A stretch of 64,000 bases of DNA from Lepidodermella squamata (Eukaryota; Animalia; Gastrotricha): the NCBI GenBank assembly GCA_047495785.1, contig JBLDXI010000029.1, forward strand, positions 434,001-498,000, read 5' to 3'. Both the position numbers and the translations under genes were made by a program. Below the pieces are notes generated by a model, which ran no database searches, was not told the DNA's origin, and saw only the letters and a list, made by a program, of their open reading frames with translations. Positions 37,742-50,300 of this stretch are shown here, in pieces (the first letter of the stretch is position 1; each line of letters starts with the position of its first letter).

Positions 37742-39022
37742 TTCAAGTAAATTCGCCAGACAACATGGTTATCGATAATTAAACAATAAATATCTGGTGT
37801 CTAGTAAGAATAAAAGAACAACGATATCTCTTTTGGACTATTAAATCGTAGCGGTCCCATTGAAATAGACGACGACCGACGAGCCATGAAACAGTATAGG
37901 TCTCAGGTATACTGTATACTTAACAAATAAGTGACAGCGTGTGGATTAAAAATTGCAATAAAGATAATTGTGCGATTAATGCTGAACGGATCTTCCGGAT
38001 GCTTCCGAAGTTTGTGATTCCTGAATCACAGATGCAGAAACAGTAAATCGGAGCCCGAAATCTGGAACTTTAGACGTGCCTTATTCCACCGCTGCGAAAG
38101 CCGACTAATGCGGGCCCGATGCTGGTCGCGCGTAAAATAATTTAAATTTCAAAATAAAAATATTTGTGATCGCAAATTTTAAAACGTATCGGACATATTT
38201 CGATTATGCTGTATAATTATGCTTCATAATTTCTTGGTGGCATTTTTGAATTTTTGTTGGCCGTGATTCGGATGCGCCGTCGCGTAAATCACGGGGTTCC
38301 GACTGCCCCTGTTTGGAGTTTGAACTGTCTTGATTTGTAGTTGGTAGACTGTAGACTCGATCGAAGAGCGAAAGTCGACTGCTAGGTACTAGGTAGCAGG
38401 CAACAGGCGGCTAAATTCGAAAGTTTCTCTGGTGAGTTTGCTTGATGAGCGATGAGCGATGAGCTGCTTGCTATCGGCTGTTTAACTGCTTGCTAATTGC
38501 TAAAAGCTTCAATCTGGCTTCCGAGCGTAAATTTCAGAATATGAACACAAACTTGATCCTCCTTTCACCTTTCACCGACTTTAATAACGATTTCTCACCA
38601 TAGTCTAGCGTCAAAGTATTCTCTGTCCCTTTCGTTCAGACCATAACTCGAATTTTAGTTATTTGAGATCTGAATTATCATCAGTTGCTACTGCTCCATG
38701 TTTCAGTAATCAACATTTAAACAATTTATCGCGTTACATTGAAAGCACGCTAAATGCATAATGCCGCCAGAAGCATCCTGGTTTACTTTATTTTGCCGGA
38801 GTTGTTCTCAAGTTAACGTTTTACATCAAAGTTATTGCGGAAAGCAGAAGGCGACCCTCGAACTCAGAAATAAGGCGCTCGGCATTTGACATAATAACCT
38901 CGTTTGTTTCAATCTTCTAACTGGCTGATTGCGCGCGTCAAATTCCAGTCACTGCAGTTACCAGCGTGCATATAAGTATTTGTTATTGTAATACTCTGCC
39001 TTTCATTATCTAGGAGTTTTAA

Positions 39023-42000
39023 ATGGAAAAATCGCCGACGACTGAAAAGCAAGAAAATGCCGCCAAACAAGCCCCAACAAAAACTGCATCGAAAACTCAA
39101 TTCAAAGCTACAGAGAAGGTTTGCAAATTCACATGTCTACTTAAATAGATGTAACAATATCTATCAATTAGTGGTGTGAGCTGATTTCGGCGTTTCGTAG
39201 CGGAATGCCAACTGGGAAGCATTGGCACATGTTTCACTGGGTCGATGAAACATTTTCAGGGTGCGAAGCTGTAGAATGGATGTTTACTTACCTCAAAAGC
39301 TGCCCCGAATTTAGCAAAGTTACCAGAGAGAACGCGCTTCAACTTCTTCAGAAATTTCTCGACGCTGGAATTATGGAAGAAATCAAGAAGTCTAAAGGAA
39401 AATTTGAATACAGCAGTCGATTGTACAGGTAGGCATATCCAATCTCGGTCGATATCAAGGCTCTTGAAAATTGTTGTATAGAATGGTCGGCGACTCGCCA
39501 GCTCAAAGCAGAACTAGCACATCAAAAAGTTCGTCGAAAAACAGTCTTGGCCTGGCAAACGACGGCTACCAGTCCGACTCCGATCTCCGCTCGTCAATTA
39601 ACAACGCCGCGCGTTTACACGTTCAGAAGAAACGCGAAATGCACCACCGTCCTATCACAGAAGAGGACGTGCATCTGCAGTGGAAAATGGCTCTTGTCTC
39701 TAAATTCGAAGACATTTTCGGCCGCGGAACTGTGTCGAACCTAATTGACGTAAAAGTTCTATCAGGCGCAAATGTGTTCTTCAATTCAACACACGTGGCC
39801 GCTAATGGCATGCTATCAGACATACCGTCTCAAAACGACTTGCCTGAATGGGTTGTTTCATCGCTGAATTTTCTTGCGAGATGTAATTTTTTCGATAATT
39901 GTTAGTTGGTTTAATTGAGCTGTTTTTATTCAATTAGGGACGGATGATGTCAGTGCGAATTTGCCGCACTACCCAGGCGTTGAGGTTGATTTGCTGCGAG
40001 TTATTGTTCAGTCTTTTGAGAATATACCCGAGCCGTTGATACCATATGTCTTCCACAAGTTGGTTCTTTCATCAGTCGCGCCTGATTTGCTATTGAGTGA
40101 CAATACAAATTGGAAGAGCCACCAATTTATTCAATTCAACCAGCCCGTCCCACGCAATAATTTGCGATTTGAATCGATTGAAAACCTGCTAACGGACATG
40201 GCATCGGTGTCATTAGTCGGCTGCCCGAGCCCGATTCTACCTAGCCACCACGCGCCACGTGCTTCGCGGTCGAATTCGGTGTCTCACGCCCCACACGGCC
40301 GTTCGCAGTCTAATAGCCGGTACAACATCCGCCTTGAAACGGCCTTTGTCGGCCCGAATAACGAGACGTACACGACGTTTAAATTCGAGGAGACGAAACC
40401 GGCGTAAGTTTTATTGATTAATTAGTGTGTTTACCCTACGTGACAAATTACCGATGCAGCGCGGCGCCGGTGCCTCCGCGCCTCAACGCGAGCACCCACG
40501 ACATCTATGCAAACAACGGCAACAACTTCAATGGCGGCGCGCGGTGCCAATCTGTGCAAAATCTCGTCTGGCAGCCAATGCAGCCACAATTCGATCGTTC
40601 AGCCATGTCTTTTAGCAACACCAATACCCGGCCTTTTGGGCAAAATCTCGAAAATATTAAACACGCCGATTCAACGACAAGCCTGCCCGTTGCTGTTGAT
40701 ATGTGCGACGAAGTGAAACGGCATCAAATCGACCCGGTGACGAGCCTTCAAATGACGCTGCTTTTCATGCCGCCGCCCGAACGCCGCCGTCTTCAAATGT
40801 TTCTGCGCCTGCTGTCGCGGCTTTTGGAGAATAAGCTGATTTGCCAGCGGTTGGCGCCGCAGGGCGATTTACGGTCGCTGCTCGTTACTATGTTTGCGCC
40901 TGTTTTCGTGAGGCCGCGGCCGGGCGAAGAAGCGTCGGCGTTGTACCACCGGCTGGCCCTGGAGAGGCTCTCGGCACTTCTACTCGATAAGCACGCGGCG
41001 ATTTTCGCTATTCCCGACTGGCTGGCCGGCGATGTTAGCGGCCGCCTAGAGCGACTACGGCGATTGAGGGTAAATTTTGAATTTTATTTTTCTTAAATTC
41101 TAAATTTTTGCGAGATTTTTAATATCCATTTTTGAGAGTTTATTTCATGAAATTCACCTGGCAGTTGATAGTTAGATGATTATTGACACCAGTGGGCACT
41201 TCACGCGCTTTCGCACTTCATAGGCTCATGGCCCGGTGTGTTCGACTGACCTGGAATTATCACGTGCTACTGACTGATAAGTGTCCGATAATCGGATTAT
41301 AAATAGCGCGAGGCACTTGAGATCGAAATTGGTGTAGAATTCTACGGTTACAGGAGGCGTGAGGTATTTCAAGCAATTATAGTGAATACCCATAGAAATG
41401 TAAACAAGATGATCAGCTGTTGAAAGGGTAAGCCATCGCAAATTCACCTTACAAAAGCAATTATATACCTAAGAATTATTAGAAAATAATGCCTAAAATT
41501 CGCAGTAAACGTCATTAGACTCGCATCTCCGGCAAAGCCACTTTTCGATTATAAGTGTTGGGTATTATAACGAACACGTTGAGATTTAGGATCTTCATGT
41601 ATTACAGAGGTTCTTCGTAAAATATTCCGAAAATCGGTTGATGAATCAGAATATCTATTTGCGGAACCAAAGTCGAAATATGCCATGAGTCATTTGTTTA
41701 CACTTAAATGGGAAGTTGAGAATGTAATAGGGAAGTTGAGAAATTTGTAATACTGAAGTTGAGAATGTTGCGCTGAAATTTGAAGCCATTTCCACGAAGT
41801 GATACGAGATTTTGCTCCTAAAATGTGAAATTTTTCAGAAACCTGGTTAGCATTATCAAGTATTTTCTGAATGGGTTAAACAATATTTTTGATTTTTTTT
41901 AATATTATTTTAATATTTCAAATTCACGTGCGGTTTTAATGTGGGTGTTGTAATTTTCAGAATGAAACCGGCGGCTGTGAATTTTCGTCCCCAATCGCTT

Positions 42001-42464
42001 CCGGCACGGGCAACGTGCAATCACCCAGCACGCCGTCGCCCCGCTCAGTGCCTGCCTTCTGCCAGCGCATTTCCGTCCAGGAATTCCAGCGCCAATCCGC
42101 TGTAAATCCCCGCGGTGCTGATGAAAACGAAAGCTCGAGTCCAACGCACGATTCGCTTTACGAACTGCTCGCCTCAATTGTCGCCAACAAAGACCTGAAC
42201 AAGCGCGAACGAGCGAAACGGTTGAAGGAGTTCGAGAAGGTCTACCCTGATATTTACAAGGAGTACTTCGCAAATATCGAACAGCAATCGTCGAACGCTG
42301 AGTTTGAGGACAGCGTTTCGAATAAGGAGAACGGCAGCAATAACAACAGCCCTTCTTCGTCGGATGTGAGCGGCGGCGGTGGCAAAACACCGTGGATGCC
42401 GCGCATCAAAGAGCCCATGTTGTTGAAGAAAATTCGCGCTCGTTTTGGCAACGAGCAGCAATAA
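39023..42464 (+). CDS. DEP domain + RhoGAP-like protein of the DEPDC1/DEPDC7/LET-99 family, multi-exon
   Basis: FKATEKW start; DEP motif FSGCEAVEW...VTRENALQLLQKFL; NDLPEWV; YPGVEVDL; EPLIP; LLFMPPPERRRLQMFLRLL; C-terminal KRLKEFEKVYPDIY. Confidence 0.88.
41710..41768. repeat. Short intronic tandem repeat, about 3 copies of a 20-23 nt unit (gaagttgagaa..taata)
   Basis: gaagttgagaa occurs three times in the last DEPDC intron. Confidence 0.7.
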
Positions 42465-43395
42465 TTCCATCAATATTTGATACCTTGTTATGCGTTTCTA
42501 TACCCTGAGACTTGTCTACCAGAAAAATACAAAAAATAGGGAAGAATGCATCGAAAATAGGAATTGAAGAGTTCAATGTAATTTTTTCAAATTATTCGAA
42601 ATTTCTTGCGTAAGAATTTTTCCTGAATTTTATTCGAATTTTCCCGATTTTTTGCAATTTTTTCTGGGGCAATGTCTTGAAATATTATACATTTGTTGAC
42701 TGCTAATGGCCGAGTATTATATTTATGAAGACTGCCGTGTTTTTATACCAGCCATAATGATAATAATATTAACCTTGTTTCTTCTATATATGCAATCAGC
42801 CTGTAAAGAGCATTCCAGCATCGTTTTATTCGAAAATGAATAAAACTTGGAAAATCCTGTGAATATTATTGCTTACCAATAATTATATTCGCATTTTGTA
42901 ACGCCCTATACCATCATTAATTCTATTATACTGCTTCTTGCCGCGCGATTCGATGACATTTAATTATCGAAAAATAAAACTTTGCATTTATCACGAAGGG
43001 TCTTTATTCAACTTTTCATTGCTGATTCTGAAGCTTCAGTATTGACTGTCAAGGAGAAATATGAAGGAGAAAATAAGGATGGTCACAGATTACAAAGATG
43101 AGAATTGAAACGCATTCCCAACTCATATCCCGAAATCCCGAGAAATAAGCAGAATTGGACAAAAACATATTCTCAGCTCAACAAACATTTCGGTATGCAG
43201 ATTTCCGATAGGTATGAAAGGGCACTACCTAGTAAAAAGAATGCCCACTTTTGCATGATCGAGGGCTTAAAATAGGATTAATACAACGCAATTCATCACA
43301 ATCACTATCTATAAGCATTTGATGACCTGCAATATACATGTCCGTTTTCGACTTTCAACAAATCGTCACAAAAAACTGCCTTACCAGACATTGTG

Positions 43396-46150
43396 TCAGT
43401 AAAATATATCGAAAAATATCTCAACCACGTCCTTGTCAAAATTGCCATCACTCATAACGCGGAAATGGATGAAAATGAACGTGAAAATGGCGTAAAACAG
43501 ACAGCCTACATCAATCAGGCGAACCAAGCCAACGCTTCCTGCAAAAAAGCGCAAAGCTGGTCTGGAATCCACCTCAGGATCATAGTAAGAAATAGCAAGC
43601 CACAGGATAATCAGGTTGTAGATGGTTGTGCCAATCGAAAACCACGTCAGACCTTGCACTAATTTGCCAAGCAGCGTATCGTATGACTTCCTCGGAACTT
43701 CGGCTAGTACTGAGCTTTGCATGAAGGTTATCGTAAGAAGAACAGTGACAGAAAAAGCAGCACGGTCGGGCTGGTCTGGCGGCATTAGGAACAGGAACAA
43801 GTTTAACGAAGCCAGAGTCGAAGATGGCACGGCCAAATTCTTCATGTAGAATTTTGGATTTCGCGCCAATGTCACGGTGAAGCTGAACGTGGAGACATTA
43901 TACCCCTTGTAGAATACTTGACCAGTTGTTTTTTCTATTGACACCAGAGACCAGGCATCCCCTGTAGCTGATGACTTGAAATCGAAAAGAAGCGTATCTT
44001 TGTCAACCACAACAATATTGATATCGCGGTCGAGCGAGAATTCGAAAATGCACGTTTGAGTGTCAAACGGGAAAAGCTCGAGCGACAGCTCACAGTCAGC
44101 TTGAAAGAGGCCCTCCTTCTGCCAATAGAAATCGAAGGTTCGGTTTATCGCTGGAACCTTCGACGACATCATCATCAAGTAATCTTCATTTATCGCCACG
44201 TTTTTCATTTGAAGGTTGGAGTTGGCGGCTGTTAAGAAGCGTATCTGCGGGCGCCATAGATTGGGCAAGTTGTCGATGTAGATTGTCTCGAAATCTTTAC
44301 CAGTTGGAAGGTAAGGAGAGGTAAACCATGGACAGGTATTGACTCGCCAGTAAAGTACCATCAGGGCGTTAACAGTTATTGTTTCGCTCACTGTTTCGAT
44401 TTCGTTAAGGCCTGATATTTGAAATCCGATCTTAATCTTTAGAGAGGCATTTGGATCTGATTGATTCTCGATGTTTCGCGGAGCATTAACTGATGCATTG
44501 AAGTAACCACAATTTTTCTGTATCGATGTCTGCGTGTCAATGTACTCGAACTGCTGGCGCCCGAAAAAGGGAACCATTTGCTCTGCAACTGAGTTACCAC
44601 TTGAGTAGACTTTTTGAATTGATTCAAGCCCGCCACAAGCATTACTGAGATTGAAAACTTCTTCTTTACTTAGGGCAGTATTGTAGAAGTAAAAACACGC
44701 AAATTGAGAATCGTCATCCGAGCTTGGCGAAAGTATTCTTCCAGAGTAGCCTCCGGAATAGCCGAGACCAATTTCTAGAGATACGTATTCCAGGGAAACA
44801 TTGTTGACAGGTCTCTGAAAACTTGTCGAATTCGAGCAGTCGTAGTATACCTTAAGTTCGGACTCAAAGCTCACAGTCTGCCGATATCTCGCGCAGTTGG
44901 ACGGCACAATATTTGACGTCACGGCGAAAAAGGTCCACATGCCCAGATGAGTGTATTCAATTCCGTTGCCTGAATCCCTGAAGTTGGTTAACGATCTGGG
45001 ATTTTCCTCGATCGGAAGAATGTAGACGTAATATGAGTTAAGGTATTGGCCGCAATAAACACTTCCGAATCCCATTATGGTAACAATGCCACGTCCGTAA
45101 GCACCTTGGCACCTTGATTTCAAGTAAAAAGCCAAAGTGAATGACGAACGCGGTTTGGGCAGTCCATCATAAGCAACAATCTGGCCCCATGTGGGTGTCC
45201 TAGACGTGTTCGAAGAGAAGCTGCCTAGAGCGTACGGGCCTTCAAATTTTCTCTGATATGATAAGTGAGCGCTTGGCTGTCGAGGCTCGATCTTATTGCC
45301 CGCCCCATCCGACACGATCAAATACGAATCATAAGACAGCGGCCAAAATCCGATGAGATTCTCCTTACGAATCACGTTTGTTATATCAACAGCAGCTATT
45401 TCGTCTCTCGACGCAGCTTTTTGGCAAGGTGTCAGAAATAATGATTTAACTTCAAACGCCGTTAAAGCACTCGAATACAATGAAACGCAAGATATTGAGT
45501 GATACGCCTTGTTGCCATAAGACATATTATAAATCCAACTGTCTTGATATCCTATCGCAAATTCGCGCCGTGTCGTTTTCGTATATTTTTGCGGGAATCG
45601 AGTAATTGAGGATGAACAGTTGCTGGTCATCAGTTCGAATTCGGTAAAAATAGGCTCCGTCGATCGACTTATCGTAAGTGAATGCGAAAAACGTGCTGTC
45701 AACAAATTCTATGTTCCACTGCGGGTAATATTCATTGGTCTTGTTCGCATGATACCAGCTATCACCAGGCCCCATTCTGATGTGAAGACCGTCGCCACTC
45801 ACCATTTTAAACACACCGTCAAACACGACGGAGCTGAAGTAATTGCGAGTGTGAACGGCAACAGTGAACGAACTAGGCGTTGCCGCCAGTTTGTAACTGG
45901 CAATGAGATTTCCATCTTCAAGCGCATAGTACCCAGTGTTTGTGATTTCGTTACCCTGAAATCTCCCAGTGCTGTTTGTACGGAGTGGTTTCAGCTCTTC
46001 GTTCTTGTTCGTGAAACCCGTGAGCCCAGATTTGCCGTCCATTGGCCAGAACCCAATGAGGTCATTAAGACGAGGAAGCTGCAGCTTCGCAATGTCAAGG
46101 CAGTGCACTGCCGTTGTCAGAAGCAATGCTGTTAGAAATTGGCCCTCCAT
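43396..46150 (-). CDS. Cys-loop pentameric ligand-gated ion channel with signal peptide and two N-terminal LamG/pentraxin-like domains; one frame break near 45560-45670 (about 917 aa if repaired)
   Basis: ORF 46150-45527 overlaps ORF 45705-43396. Duplicated LIGFWP..., SFT.A, FFA.T, CxxxYxxAL.x.EV motifs; then LWRPQI, Cys-loop CELSLELFPFDTQTC, LARNP.FY, M2 PDRAAFSVTVLL, and four TM helices. Confidence 0.8.
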
Positions 46151-46974
46151 ATTGCATATAGCTTGAGAGCAGGCCGAGAAAACATGAGATTTATAATCCC
46201 TGCAATTTGTCGACTAGGTAACTAAAAGTGAGCGCAAATTACGATTGCTCCCTAAAATCACTTACTACCTATTAATAAATAATGACTTGTTACAGTTTCG
46301 CTGCGTATGATACTTTCCACGCCAAAAAGTTAGTCCAAAAACAGAGGCGAGAACGATTAATTATGTGAAGGCGTTGTAATTCCTCATCGCCGCATTTTAT
46401 CAAAAATAGGCATTCAGTCACGAATTGCATGAAAATGGTCTAAAAGGGCAATGTGTTTTGAGCGCCAGGGCTCGAAGAAGCATTAAATCCTACGCTTTAT
46501 GTGGACCACTCGCTCTCCAGGCGACCTTCCTCTGCTTACAATCTGAAAATTTGATCGCTACTCCGGAATTCGAGACCGTCCAAAAGAAAAGCAATGAAAC
46601 ATTGAGCATTAGTGCAGTACCACCAGTCTTAACATCGACAAACCATTGTGTGGCCTTCTTAAGAAAAATCGTAAAAAAGGTGAGTTGCTTTTCTTGCGAG
46701 TTGACTAGGTTCCGGGAAAGGGACTGATCACAGGAAAAAATAACATCCGCTACTCCCATCCCTCTTTACTCCCTTCCACCGAAATTCCACCCGAATCCAA
46801 GGATTTTTGTTGGCCCGATTTTTTCACGCTTTTTCATTGGAGGTTGTATAAATTATAAATCACAGGCATGAAAAAATGTTGCCAAATTAAGTTCAAGGTC
46901 AACTAATCCTTGTGGTACTTCAAGGACTATTTTCCATCTCAGCCTTGGCAGTAAAGGTAGTATCGACGAAATAC

Positions 46975-47031
46975 TAGTAGCGATTTGTAGCATCCCCGCC
47001 TGTCACAGGGTTCGATTCCCTGCCCATGGCG
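46975..47031 (+). pseudogene. tRNA-Asp(GTC)-derived relic (pseudo-tRNA or SINE head)
   Basis: atccccgcctgtcac (tRNA-Asp anticodon arm 5' side and loop) is joined directly to the T-arm agggttcgattccct. The 3' anticodon stem and variable loop are missing and no acceptor stem is evident. Confidence 0.7.
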
Positions 47032-47307
47032 CGATTTCTTTCTCCACTACATTTTCCCTAATTCACGCTTTTCTCAAGCTCAGCAATCCAATAGCAGCTA
47101 TTCAGGAAGAAGCTTTGAATGCGTACATACTTGGCTTTTATGCTTTTTTCATTTTCATTTTCATTATTCATAATACATACTCATTTGTTCAGCAATCAAG
47201 CCTAAATACTTTTCTCATTGGCAATTAAAAACGGCATTTTATTCAAGCTTTGGAATGAGTCGTAAGTGTAAGCGTTTGATAATATTATGGAATGTTGCAA
47301 CAATTTA

Positions 47308-50300
47308 TTAATTCGCCGGCTGGTCGTTCGCCTGTTGGTTAGGCTGCTCGAACAAATTCGGAAAAAATTCAACCGCCTTGCCAAATTCAGCCTCGTCAAG
47401 CATGAACGTGCTTTTATCCGTGTTATTGAAAATCAATTCACGTTCGAGCGCATATTGGTAGTCGGAATAGCGCCACAGGTTCTTCTTTACCGGCTGGTTA
47501 GGCGCTCCGAATGGGTTGTACGGCTCGTCCTCTTCATCCCCAGTGACGGAACCCAGCTTCGGAGGCGGGGTTCCAGTTGGGTTCTGAGGCGGAACCGACC
47601 GTTCCGATTCGCTCTCCTCCGCTTCCCGCCTCGCTTTTTCTTCCTCCTGCTGCTTCAGCAACCGCTTCCGGTCTACGATAATTTTCCGCCTTTCTAATGC
47701 CTCCATAAAATGGCGTGGGTCTATGCCGACTGCGGGTGGGCCAGTTCGCATTTTGTAGACTTTCCCGTCGATTCGGATCACTTTCGGCTTCGTTTCGGGC
47801 ACCGCGGGTATGGTTTCGCGGAATCGGCAGAAATCAGCCCATTGCGACATGAGAATGCGGAAAACGATGAGTTGAGCGTCGCGGAACAGATACGCACCGA
47901 GTTCCTTGCGATGCCACACGATTTTCTCTGCAAGTTCGGGTGGAATATCTATGAAAAATGGGTGGTTAACGCGAATTTTTTCGGAATTTAAGGGTTGAAA
48001 TTAACCGATTTGAAGTGAAGGTGAGCGGTGAGTGTCTTCGATGAAACACGTGAGGATTTGGATAACCTTGGCGTTTATCAGTGAATCATCGGCATGAGTG
48101 TGATAAAGTTGCTAGAAATAATGAGAAAATAATTAACAGGACTTTAAATAATAATTACCGGCAAAAATTAACATAAATTAGGCGAAATCAGGGAAATTCG
48201 CGGCCCGGAAAACTAGAAAGTAACGCATGCAATAAAATTCGACGCATCGCTGATTCATTTTGATAAAATCAAAACTTTATTCTCGGCTCAAATTTTAGTT
48301 TTTTTCGTGATTTCGAAAAGATTGGAGATGAATGCCCGTGTTGAAAAGCGAAGCATAACACTTTTAATTTTGATTTCATTTTTCTGTAATGCGTCGGCCC
48401 TCGCTGGGGCCATCATCGGGCTAGAGAAGAAAAAAAGAGAAAATACGTGAAAAATCCCACCAAACCCAGCTCAAACGTGACTTCAAAGTTTTCGGCGGGT
48501 TTATGAATAAATATCATCAGGGATTCGAATGAATTGAGAAAAAGAATGCTTCTAAAACACAGGTCCACCCCAATTTGAACAAAATTGAAAATAGATGCTT
48601 CCGATTATCCTTTGTAATGAGCCAATTTTTCAGGTTTAGTTCCTCCGACAGATACTCCGTTTTAAATGAGGATCCAATTCGCAAACATATTTTTATCGGT
48701 TTCACCATTTTTTAACTTTTTGACAGTTATTTTTTCTTTATGACCTAAATTTTTCAAATTCGCCGTTTCTAGGTCTTCGTATTTGATTTCCCTTTCACGT
48801 TTACCTACAACATTTTTAGGGCAGAAAAATGTGAATACTGAAAATAGGCTTGAATAATTTTCGCAAATTTTTCGCGCCTAAATTTGCATAAAACATCAGA
48901 TTTACATCAAAATAAAAAGGAATAGTGCGTGGTGTTAGATTTCAACGAAAAATCTGAACTTTTTCAACAATTCACAAATCTCACCTTGTACTTTTGAACT
49001 TCGTCGTAAAACTGCAGATCATTGGCCAAAAATTCGCCAGGCACGCTGCGCAGTTTCAAGAACTTGTGAAACAACTTTCGCGTCGCCGTGTCCGTCAACG
49101 CGTTCCTGAACATAAGCGCTTCCTGGGCCGTCGCGCTCCAGTGACCTTCAAGCATTTTCGCAATTTGCGCAGCTCGGCGCCGCTTCATCAGCAACTCTTC
49201 ATCCTCAGCAGCCACGACTATAACCGGTTTTTGCCGCTCGGCGAATTCTGGCGTGGCTAGGAAAAGCGGCACCCATTTCGCATCCAATCTTCGCCTCGCG
49301 TAGGTCTGAACCTCGGTTAGCAGCGATGGAGGCGGTACAGCAGCCATCAATTTCGCCCAACCGCCGTTTTTCTCCAAAATTTCAGTTTGCTCTCGCTTAT
49401 TCGCCGGGCTGCCGGCGCCGAAAAAGTACTTGCGATTCAGGTATTTCTCCTTGATATCAGTCGCCTTGACGTGTTGAATCTGCTCAGAACCGGGCGGCAG
49501 TCGGCGATACGCTTCAACGTCCATCCAGCAGAACAAATCCATGCCAGTTGCGTTCTGCTCAAGGAATAACCGGAAATTTTCGAGTTCAACGCGGTTGAAA
49601 ACAATGCGTTCGAGGGTCCAGTCGCGGAACTGCTCCGGGACTTGTTCCCATAGCAACCGTTTGTTGTCGTCTGTGGGCAGGGTTGCGGAGGACATTGAGA
49701 AGTCGTCGTCCTCTTTCGGCAGAGCGGCATTTTTAAACATGCCCAGCGAGTTGAGTTGGAGAATTTCGGGATTGTTTGTCTCGACTTTACGCGTAACCAC
49801 GACTTTGCCTGAATATTGCGGGAAATTATCGAAAATTAATTTAGAGCCCAAATGTTCATATGACTTGGAAAATCTTATTTTGGAACAAATTGAAAGCTTA
49901 GAAATAGTTCAATTTTGCGTAACCATTGCGGATCCAACTTTGAGATTTTAGGTTCCGCAACAGTTTAGGTTCCGCTGAAAGATATTCTGATTTTTCTTTT
50001 GATTGTTCAATAAAAATGTATTTGGTAGCTAAGAATTTATGGCTAAAATACCACTCATTCTACGAATTTTTAATTTTTAATTCAAGGTTTTTCAATCGAT
50101 TCCAAAGCAACTTTCAACAAATAAATCATATTTTCTGATTTTCGCCAGATTTTCAAGGGTATCCACTTTTCGACACGGGAAATGAACGCGAATTACAGCG
50201 GGGAAATGTATTACTTACCTATATTTGAGAGTGCTTCAGAGCATTCGCGTTCAATAGCCTGCATAGCTTCGTGCAGCACAATGATGACATGCTCCTCAGC

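Noticed and set aside
38240-38330. CHR (TTTGAA) cell-cycle elements upstream of the DEPDC gene
   Set aside because: The hexamer is too common in this AT-rich background to be informative.
41710-41768. Repeat-spacer-like pattern considered as CRISPR
   Set aside because: Three short near-contiguous units in a eukaryotic intron, no unique spacers, no cas genes.
46975-47031. Functional tRNA-Asp gene
   Set aside because: The 3' anticodon stem and variable region are deleted and the acceptor stem cannot form.
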